A DNA stretch of 22,929 nt from a candidate division WOR-3 bacterium (lineage in GTDB: Bacteria > Hydrothermota > Tepidihabitantia > SM23-42 > JAOAFX01), in contig JBBILZ010000039.1 in NCBI GenBank assembly GCA_037444665.1, forward strand, positions 1 to 22,929, read 5' to 3'. A program made the translations under genes and the position numbers. The notes beneath the pieces are model-generated. The model searched no databases and was not told where the DNA came from. It saw only the letters and a list, made by a program, of their open reading frames with translations. Below are positions 17,101 to 22,929 of the stretch, piece by piece. How positions within the stretch are numbered: position 1 is the stretch's first letter; every line of letters begins with the position of its first letter.

Positions 17101-19026
17101 AATAACTACCTTGTGCAATTAGAAAAAGAGAAACCGAGCCAATTGACAATAGTGGAGGCATATCTCAGTGCAAGTATGATATTTTATCAGAACTCTGATT
17201 ATGAAAAGGCAATCCATTATGCACAAAGAGCAAAAGACATTGGATATAGAACTTATCTTGAATCATCCATTGCTGAAGTCTTAATCCAGTTGAGCAGGTT
17301 AAGGTCAAATCAGACAAAGACGATTGATATAACTGATGTTCTGAATAGCTTAAAACAAAAGGGCTATAATTATTATTATGCACTGCTCAAGAGAATTTAT
17401 TTTGAAGCAATGGTTGATATGGATATTGAACTGGATATGTTGAACAATATTGCAAAGGAGAGTGATATACTGGAAAATCTTGTATTGTCAATCAATGCAA
17501 AATATGAAGTGCAAAGGATTCAACAACTAAAATTAAAAATATATCCATTAATCATTGAAAGACTCTCAAAAAGGGGTGTTTCAAGCCAGTACCTTGAGAT
17601 ATTTTCACGACTTGCAGAGATAATCCACAAGAATCTTGGTGATGAGAATCTTGCTGAATATATCCTTGATTTAGTAATAAAGGCTACTGGTGCTGAAAGG
17701 GGCGCACTATTTTTAAAGGCAGATGATAAAATGGAATTGATTGCAGGAAGGAATTTAGATAAACGGACAATAAAGGATGCCAGTGAATTGTCAAAGACTG
17801 CAATTGAGGAGATAAAAAAGGGTAAGATAGTCTTTGTGCCCAATGCACTTGAAGACCCTGATTTTAATATAAAAAAGAGTGTGGTCCTAAATCAGATTCG
17901 CTCAATCCTTTGTATGCCTCTTCTCATCAGTGATAATGTTGTTGGTGCGATATATCTTGATTCAAAGATGCTCGGCTCTATATTTGGAGAACAGGACCGG
18001 GACTTTCTTTTAACCACTGCCAAATTTCTTGCTTCGGTCATTGATAGAGCAAAGGCATATAGAAGATTGGTCCAGGAATTAATACAGGTGAGGGATGGAA
18101 TAATAATGGAGATTGGTAAAGGATACATTCTGGGTAAGTCACGGGCAATAAAAGGAGTTTATAAATTGGTTGATAGTATTGGCCCTTCTGATTCACCTGT
18201 GCTCATTACTGGCGAAACTGGCGTTGGTAAAGGAATGATTGCGCGCTTGATCCACTATCAAAGTAAAAGAAAGGACCGGAAATTTGTCAGTATAAACTGT
18301 GGAACTATTCCTGAGACCCTGCTTGAATCTGAACTTTTCGGTTATAAAAAGGGTGCATTCACAGGTGCGGTAGCGGACAAAAAAGGTTTATTAGAAGAGG
18401 GTGAAGCAGGCACTGTATTCCTTGATGAGATAACAAACACGAGCCCGGCATTCCAGGCAAAGATTCTTGAAGCAGTAGAAGACAAGGTTATCCGCAGGCT
18501 TGGTGAGACGCAGACCAGGAATATTGATGTCAGATTTTTATTTGCAACGAACAAGGATATAGAGATTGAGGTTGAAGAAGGAAGATTTAGAAAGGACCTT
18601 TATTTCCGAATAAATATCTTTATCATCAGGGTGCCAAGTTTAAGGGAAAGAATTGAAGATATCCCAATACTCGCCCAATTCTTCCTTGAATTGAAATCCA
18701 GAGATATGAATAAAAAAGTGCAGGGCATTTCACCAGAGGCGGTCAGGATGTTAAAAGAGTACCCCTGGCCCGGAAATGTGCGTGAACTACAAAATGTCAT
18801 TGAAAGGGCAGTGGTGCTCGCTGAATCAGAGATTATAATGCCCAAACATATAGGCTTTACAAAGGAAAGGGATATATTACCAATAAAGGATATGATTAAA
18901 GAGGCAGTCTTGACTGTGCTCAATCTTACGGGCTGGAAAATAAAAGAGACTGCACAGAGGCTTGGCGTAAATAGAAGGACCATAGAGCGTTACATTAAAA
19001 AATATGGACTCAAAAAGATAGACTGA
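14167..19026 (+). CDS. Ser/Thr kinase - STAND-type ATPase - TPR array - GAF - sigma54 AAA+ activator - Fis HTH fusion (~1619 aa)
   Basis: Kinase: HPNIV, IHCDLKPEHI, IDFG, GTIGYIAPE, DLYSLG. ATPase: GDMGSGKT, MMVDDLD, SGGNPLF. Many TPR-like helices. GAF: AERGALFL...SILCMPL...VGAIYLD. Activator: GETGVGKG, ESELFGYKKGAFTGA, FLDEI, RKDLYFRI, WPGNVRELQN. HTH: TAQRLGVNRRTI. Confidence 0.93.
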   Translation: MAKPSVQIPGYKLKTRLEIGNYAIVYEAQDKKGNDLIIKISRENTKEFNELVSREFQILAKFKHPNIVRVEDYGTTKQGRAFFTLEYVKGKPINKCFHEFNQEFILAIIQVLNGIGAFHNKNFIHCDLKPEHILYDAEQKKCVIIDFGFAGISTSRIKEYGTIGYIAPEVLKGIGIDQRSDLYSLGVIIYEVLSGNRPVKPYKDIINIPAEINNIIKMLLSDEPSVRPAVPFLYETFTRYLPKKLIEVPYYQVQLPITSFVKSPEFMENLLNLRAGTVVVSGDMGSGKTRLLKELTYEFIFRDYEVFFFTGETPFHTSLCNYIDCPDLDLSQKEDRYQVYAEITEQVLQYGRNKNFVMMVDDLDNLSDYDLGLFRYLGHCLQKTSISLIGAGKPDPRIKDLNFFELFLNPFSKDEIKELIEKTFFQFNIKGDKDLNWFVDWLHKHSGGNPLFITEILKTLCSQGVLYYIVNRWEINADKLEGIVIPEKIEEAINRRLEGLNQKEIELLEILTLTDCLLELGTIQGIISSSPDVELEILKILGLIREEHIGGKRFFSLSNKILKMLLEQKVERGEIEKVSEKIIHTLEQTAPLHKHYYPVIAHLCERVNDKERAFRYFLMSANEAEIARDFNNAIAYYIKIIDRAKDFEPAHYPEFLLTIADLYYKSGKYAQAIEYYSDVIKKADGVLKIKGLSGLGKVYSTTGEHKLAIQYLQEALKRIKNKKTREYLENINRLAYSMAQLKDFDSAENLLKESLILSQEAKDYESEAEALYYSASLAWFKNEIEKGKGLCESLIRFCETHKLNKQLTYAANLLSSFAIQTSDIDTGLNAIETAITGFEQLKNDDALVNALINKGLLLMHKENLKTVIDIYEDALTKAQKTDNKPSHNSIFMSLASLYEESGNFEKAIEYYCKCLEIEPDAVYANYNIAMVYIKMGDFNKAEQVFEQKIKNNDEVLYNIGTGMLYLFMDKKERARQIINNYLVQLEKEKPSQLTIVEAYLSASMIFYQNSDYEKAIHYAQRAKDIGYRTYLESSIAEVLIQLSRLRSNQTKTIDITDVLNSLKQKGYNYYYALLKRIYFEAMVDMDIELDMLNNIAKESDILENLVLSINAKYEVQRIQQLKLKIYPLIIERLSKRGVSSQYLEIFSRLAEIIHKNLGDENLAEYILDLVIKATGAERGALFLKADDKMELIAGRNLDKRTIKDASELSKTAIEEIKKGKIVFVPNALEDPDFNIKKSVVLNQIRSILCMPLLISDNVVGAIYLDSKMLGSIFGEQDRDFLLTTAKFLASVIDRAKAYRRLVQELIQVRDGIIMEIGKGYILGKSRAIKGVYKLVDSIGPSDSPVLITGETGVGKGMIARLIHYQSKRKDRKFVSINCGTIPETLLESELFGYKKGAFTGAVADKKGLLEEGEAGTVFLDEITNTSPAFQAKILEAVEDKVIRRLGETQTRNIDVRFLFATNKDIEIEVEEGRFRKDLYFRINIFIIRVPSLRERIEDIPILAQFFLELKSRDMNKKVQGISPEAVRMLKEYPWPGNVRELQNVIERAVVLAESEIIMPKHIGFTKERDILPIKDMIKEAVLTVLNLTGWKIKETAQRLGVNRRTIERYIKKYGLKKID

Positions 19027-19053
19027 GGTAAAGAACTTAATAAAATAATACCA

Positions 19054-19215
19054 ATGCGGCAAATTGTCGCATTGGTATGTTGAAAACTACAATAAATTTC
19101 ATACATTTTTTACAGCACTAAAATTATGCGACAGGTTGTCGCATCTATACTTCTAAAATTTTATGAAATTACACCACTTTTTTTAGACGCTGGATTATGC
19201 GACAAATTGTCGCAT
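19054..19215. promoter_or_regulatory. Three 19-bp palindromes ATGCGACA-N3-TGTCGCAT, probable upstream activator sites
   Basis: 19054-19072 ATGCGGCAAATTGTCGCAT; 19126-19144 ATGCGACAGGTTGTCGCAT; 19197-19215 ATGCGACAAATTGTCGCAT; start-to-start spacing 72 and 71 bp. Confidence 0.8.
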
Positions 19216-19263
19216 TTTATAAAGGCAAATTAAAAAAACTCCTGAAATTTCAAGGGTTTTTTC

Positions 19264-19279
19264 TGGCACGAAAATTGCA
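19264..19279 (+). promoter_or_regulatory. Sigma54 (-24/-12) promoter
   Basis: TGGCACG-AAAA-TTGCA matches TGGCACG-N4-TTGCW; followed by AAGGAG SD and ATG 19306. Confidence 0.9.
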
Positions 19280-19305
19280 TATAGAGAATGTAAAAGGAGA
19301 CTACG

Positions 19306-19506
19306 ATGAAAAAAAGAATCATATCAACAGTTATCATCATCCTGGTGCTCGGGACCATATTTGGTCTGAGCCTGCACCAGCATAATAATAACCCGGTTAC
19401 GGGTTCATTAATTGATATTATCAGCCCTGCACTTGCCTATGCTGATTCAGATACGGTCAAAGGTATTTCACCACCACCACCTCCACCACCACCACCAATA
19501 AAATAG
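19306..19506 (+). CDS. Small membrane/secreted peptide with C-terminal nona-proline tract
   Basis: Strong SD downstream of the sigma54 promoter; MKKR plus a hydrophobic stretch; ALAYA motif; ends SPPPPPPPPPIK. Confidence 0.8.
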   Translation: MKKRIISTVIIILVLGTIFGLSLHQHNNNPVTGSLIDIISPALAYADSDTVKGISPPPPPPPPPIK

Positions 19507-19526
19507 TGCTGCAGAAAGGGGCAATT

Positions 19527-19727
19527 ATGGCGCCTGTGCATTTATACGAAATAAAGATGATAGATGGCTCAAAATACCGTGGAGAGATTGCATACAAGGA
19601 CGATAGAATGATTGTTCTGCGCACAAGCAATGGGTTTGGAAGGTCTGCAGGACTCTTTACAAAAGTTCGGTTATTTTATAACGGAATAATCAGTATCCAG
19701 GAACTGGGCTGGCAAAGGAGGATATAA
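19527..19727 (+). CDS. Small hypothetical protein, Sm/LSM-like fold suspected
   Basis: YEIKMIDGSKYRGEIAYKDDRMIVL resembles Sm1 and VRLFYNGIISI resembles Sm2. AAAGGGG before ATG 19527; an alternative GTG at 19506 overlaps the upstream stop. Confidence 0.65.
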   Translation: MAPVHLYEIKMIDGSKYRGEIAYKDDRMIVLRTSNGFGRSAGLFTKVRLFYNGIISIQELGWQRRI

Positions 19728-19733
19728 TAATCC

Positions 19734-19783
19734 CCCCTGAAATGGCTATCCTATCCTGTTACAGGATAGGATAGCCATAGGGG
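19734..19783. terminator. Strong hairpin (18-bp perfect arms) between the LSM-like and HD-GYP genes
   Basis: ATGGCTATCCTATCCTGT-T-ACAGGATAGGATAGCCAT (19742-19778), extended by CCCCT/AGGGG; only a weak U-tract follows. Confidence 0.55.
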
Positions 19784-19791
19784 AATTATTT

Positions 19792-21141
19792 ATGGCTATA
19801 ATTATAATCATTCTTTTAACTATTTTAATACAATTAATCGCAGGGGTATTTTCGTTTATTCATTATAGATACTACAAAGAAATTGTATGGTTATTTATTG
19901 CAATTGCAATTTTTTTAATGGCATTCACAGGAATAGTAAATTTATCTGCTCATTCAAATATTTCAATAATTTCTGCCATCATTGGAACTTTGACCAGTAT
20001 ATTTTTATTATTGGCGGTCTTATTTGGTAAAAAGGTTTTAATAGAATACAAAAAGACCGATGCCCATCTTAAGTCACTCTGGGAGATTGACCGTATAATG
20101 CTCACAAGTTTGACACCACAGACTGTGATAAATTCTATAAAATCTCGCATCCCGGAAATGATTAATTGCGATGCCCTTGCAATTTATGCACTGGATAAAT
20201 TTACCCATACATATTCGGTCTTTGCGAATTACAACCTGACTCAGGATTTTCATAATCAAGTTTTATCAAAAGAAAATGATTTTTTCTGGAATGTTATTGA
20301 TAAAAGAAAGACCAATGTGTTATCTAATCTTTCCGCAGATACTAACTTTGGTTTTCCTGCTATTTTAAAGAATGCTGGATTTACAACCTGTGTAGGCGTG
20401 CCATTAGTGCTCAGGGGTCTGCCTGTGGGCTGTCTCTTTGTATTTTCTTCACGGGCAATTGTATATAACAAAAAAGAAATAAAATTTGTTGAAGGCATAG
20501 CAAGGCAGATTGTTATTGCAATGGAGCGGATGGAGATATTTGAGCGTATCAAAGCAGAATGTTGAGAGTCAGTTCTTGCCCTGGTCCAAGCAATTGAGAT
20601 TCGTGACCCCTGCACAAGAGGCCATTCCCAGCAGGTGGCTAATCTTGCCATTGAAGTTTATAAATATATAAATGGCTCGGACCAAAATTTAGAATTGATT
20701 AAGTATGCTGGGCTATTACATGATGTGGGAAAGATTGCAGTGCCAGAATCAATCCTGAACAAACCTGCCTCATTGAGTAAAGAAGAATGGTTAATTATGA
20801 AAAAACATCCAGTCCAGAGTGCAGAGATAATAAAACCTATCAAGGCACTGGAAAAGATTGTTCCCTGGGTTCTTTATCACCACGAACGACTGGATGGAAG
20901 TGGTTATCCCCAGGGACTGAAGTCCAGTGAGATTCCCATTGAATCAAAGGTGCTTGCAATATGCGATGCATTTTCAGCAATGGTTGGAAAGAGGCCCTAC
21001 CGTGATGGTTTTACAATTGAGCAGGCAATAGATGAAATAAAGAGATTTGCTGGTAAACAGTTTGACCCGGAGGTTGTAAAGATATTTTTAAAGTTACCTG
21101 AAGAGAAATTAAAATTCGTAACGCCGGAGAAACCTTCATAA
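19792..21141 (+). pseudogene. Membrane GAF + HD-GYP cyclic-dinucleotide phosphodiesterase interrupted by one in-frame TGA (20563-20565)
   Basis: ORFs 19792-20565 and 20635-21141 share a frame. Reading through gives ERIKAEC*ESVLALVQAIEIRDPCTRGHSQQVANLA...HDVGKI...HHERLDGSGYPQGL; three N-terminal TM segments and a GAF domain. Confidence 0.8.
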
Positions 21142-21155
21142 AACACTCCCTCCGG

Positions 21156-21206
21156 AGGGGGCTGAGAAAGGTACACTCTGACGGGATAGGGGTCACTCAG
21201 CCCCCT
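21156..21206. terminator. GC-rich inverted repeat downstream of the HD-GYP gene
   Basis: AGGGGGCTGAG (21156-21166) / CTCAGCCCCCT (21196-21206), 29-nt interior with a small tgac/gtca stem. Confidence 0.45.
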
Positions 21207-21267
21207 TTACAAAAAAATATTTTTGGAATATAATGGAGACGGCGAAGATTAAGGAAAGGAGGAAAAA

Positions 21268-21353
21268 ATGATGGACTGTCCAGTGGTGTCTACTTCCTAG
21301 TCCTCAGTCAAAATAATGAGAAGATTAGTAAAAAATTCTTGCTCGTTAAATAG
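21268..21353 (+). pseudogene. Remnant of a T9SS-cargo gene: SD and ATG joined out of frame to the last 27 codons of a C-terminal sorting domain
   Basis: TTTACA-N17-TATAAT (21206-21234), GGAGG, ATG 21268; frame from 21270 reads DGLSSGVYFLVLSQNNEKISKKFLLVK*. Confidence 0.7.
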
Positions 21354-21435
21354 TGAGCATTCTTTCTTTTTAATCTCTCTACTCGCTCTTTTCTACTTGC
21401 TGCTATTATGTAACCCTTTTTAGTTCTGGTTCTAA

Positions 21436-21661
21436 CCCACATTATTCATAGTCAATGCCTGTTCTTGCCTCAATCAAGAATCATTGCGTGGCAATCCTTG
21501 AGCTGTGCGATAACAGATGAGATTGCTTTGTCGCTTCGCTCCTCGCAATGACAAAGAAAAAAAACAGAGTGTTAAATTTTTGTATGGCCTAATAAAAGTG
21601 CAAAGTAAATCTGGTATTATGTTTGCTGAAAATTAAGTAAATTTAGTATGAATAATGCGGG
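21436..21661. mobile_element. 226-bp MITE-like element, inverted relative of 2827-3054
   Basis: Ends CCCACATTATTCATA / TATGAATAATGCGGG (14/15 inverted match); ~21486-21572 is close to the reverse complement of ~2916-3004; no target duplication seen. Confidence 0.75.
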
Positions 21662-21748
21662 TGAAAACTTCTCATTTTTATGTTTATATAATTACAAAAT
21701 TGTTGAATAAGTGGAATTTCAGCTTTCAGCATAATTATTTGAGACATT

Positions 21749-21784
21749 GAGATTCTTCGGGCACTTCGTGCCCTCAGAATGACA
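21749..21784. repeat. Single GTCATT-type REP-like palindrome
   Basis: GAGATTCTTCGGGCACTTCGTGCCCTCAGAATGACA; same architecture as the REP arms inside the MITEs. Confidence 0.6.
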
Positions 21785-21827
21785 GGGAAAAGAAATAAAA
21801 GTGGGGAGTGGTCAGAGATTTATCTTA

Positions 21828-21855
21828 TTGACAAATATAATTATTTAGATATTAT
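21828..21855 (+). promoter_or_regulatory. Sigma70 promoter for lipoprotein-pilT
   Basis: TTGACA-N16-TATTAT, then AAGGAGG SD. Confidence 0.55.
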
Positions 21856-21884
21856 TATAAAATTGAACAACAAAGGAGGCCCTT

Positions 21885-22610
21885 ATGAAAAAGCTATCCT
21901 GGCTATTGGTTTTCTTTTTATTATTTATTGCCTGTGAATCTGGTTTTGAAATTAATCTTGAATGCTGGGTCAAACATACGAGCGAGGTTATTGGTGTTGA
22001 GACCAGTATCCTCGGTGAAAAGTCTCAGGTTTTTGTTAATCTTACCTGGGGTTGGGTCTATCAAAGACCCGCAATAGATGCCGTGATTATTGACCGAAGT
22101 ATTGGTGATTCTTTACATTATGTGACGATTGACACGGTTGTTATTGATACGGTAATGTATTTCAATGATGCAGATTCTGTGCTCCAGCCTAACAGCACAG
22201 TATTTTACCGCTTAAATTCATTGAATGGCAAGGCAGTAGAGATATTCAAAGAAGTCAAAGTTGAAATTCCACCTGCCCAGATTTTTCACAAACCAGATAC
22301 TGAATTTATTTCAATTACCAATGATACCCTTTATATCAGTTTTGCCCGGCTGTCAGGTTTTGATACCACAGATATCGCAATCTATAAGGGTGCACCAAAA
22401 TCCATAGATAGTCTTATCAATTATCTAACCGATCCTCTGTATGATACTACAATTGCAGATACAATTCTCAATATCAGTAATGCGGATTCATTGTTTCCTG
22501 CAGATACAATTCCTTATACAATTAAAATCAGTTCTTCACGGATTGCATTACTTGATTATATCACTGATACCTCTATTGGGTTCCGTGCCTTTATTAGACA
22601 ACAGAAATAA
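21885..22610 (+). CDS. Hypothetical lipoprotein, beta-rich (possibly Fn3-like)
   Basis: AAGGAGG SD; MKKLSWLLVFFLLFIAC lipobox; VNLTW...FND...VFYRL pattern. Confidence 0.8.
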   Translation: MKKLSWLLVFFLLFIACESGFEINLECWVKHTSEVIGVETSILGEKSQVFVNLTWGWVYQRPAIDAVIIDRSIGDSLHYVTIDTVVIDTVMYFNDADSVLQPNSTVFYRLNSLNGKAVEIFKEVKVEIPPAQIFHKPDTEFISITNDTLYISFARLSGFDTTDIAIYKGAPKSIDSLINYLTDPLYDTTIADTILNISNADSLFPADTIPYTIKISSSRIALLDYITDTSIGFRAFIRQQK

Positions 22611-22612
22611 AT

Positions 22613-22929
22613 ATGCCCGGCGTTGAACTTGATGTTCTCTTAGAAGAACTGGTTTTAAAAGAAGGTTCTGATTTGCATCTCCGGGTTGGTGAGCCACCAG
22701 TATATCGGGTAGCAGGTGAATTAGAACGAGCTGAATGTCCACCGATTACCAGAGAAGATATGGAAAGTTTGATATATGGTTTGATGAAACCAGCACAGCG
22801 TCAGGTATTTGATGCCAATCTTGAATTTGATATGGCTTATGAAATTTCTGGTGTAGCACGATTCAGAGTGAATATCTTTAAGCAGATGGGAAATATCGGT
22901 GTGGTGTTAAGGATTATTCCTTTGAAGAT
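22613..22929 (+). CDS. pilT: Type IV pilus retraction ATPase PilT/PilU family (5' part)
   Basis: Hand translation: MPGVELDVLLEELVLKEGSDLHLRVGEPPVYRVAGEL...LEFDMAYEISGVARFRVNIFKQMGNIGVVLRIIP; runs off the window. Confidence 0.9.
   Translation, partial: MPGVELDVLLEELVLKEGSDLHLRVGEPPVYRVAGELERAECPPITREDMESLIYGLMKPAQRQVFDANLEFDMAYEISGVARFRVNIFKQMGNIGVVLRIIPLK

Noticed and set aside
19054..19215. Mini CRISPR array
   Set aside because: Repeats are only 19 bp, spacers are 52-53 bp and AT-rich, no cas genes are present, and the position upstream of a sigma54 promoter fits enhancer sites better.
19197..19385. 62-aa ORF starting in the third palindrome
   Set aside because: Its ATG is part of the palindrome, it crosses the sigma54 promoter, and it overlaps the better-supported peptide gene.
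20563..20565. Genome-wide TGA recoding (code 4 or 25)
   Set aside because: korD, korB, the ECF sigma and the activator all end at TGA at natural domain ends.
20635..21141. Stand-alone HD-GYP gene
   Set aside because: The domain start (RDPxTxGHS) lies upstream of this GTG, in frame with the GAF ORF; treated as one interrupted gene.
2827..21661. Composite transposon bounded by the two MITEs
   Set aside because: Copy 1 has its own target duplication, the outer flanks do not match, the copies are diverged, and the interval holds housekeeping genes.

Overview
AT-rich bacterial window. A T9SS-type C-terminal sorting tail suggests an FCB-group or WOR-3-like organism (inference). From left to right: (1) a minus-strand heavy-metal efflux locus: ECF sigma factor, DUF5667-like anti-sigma with a 9-Cys tail, TolC, YHS/HMBD-containing CusB-like adaptor and partial CusA, with three copies of a GTAAC-N16-(C/A)GTCTTTAT ECF promoter motif; (2) a four-subunit 2-oxoacid:ferredoxin oxidoreductase operon; (3) minus-strand GYD protein, RnfB-like polyferredoxin, agmatinase and M1 aminopeptidase; (4) rfbD followed by a nested REP cluster; (5) the most striking module: a ~1619-aa Ser/Thr kinase-STAND ATPase-TPR-GAF-sigma54 activator fusion, then three 19-bp palindromes spaced 71-72 bp apart, a consensus sigma54 promoter, a 66-aa membrane/secreted peptide ending in nine prolines, a small Sm/LSM-like protein and a near-perfect hairpin; (6) a TM-GAF-HD-GYP gene split by one in-frame TGA, a T9SS-CTD gene remnant, a lipoprotein and partial pilT. 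Two related ~227-bp MITE-like elements with IS1380-like ends lie at 2827 and 21436. All calls come from reading the sequence; no database search was run.
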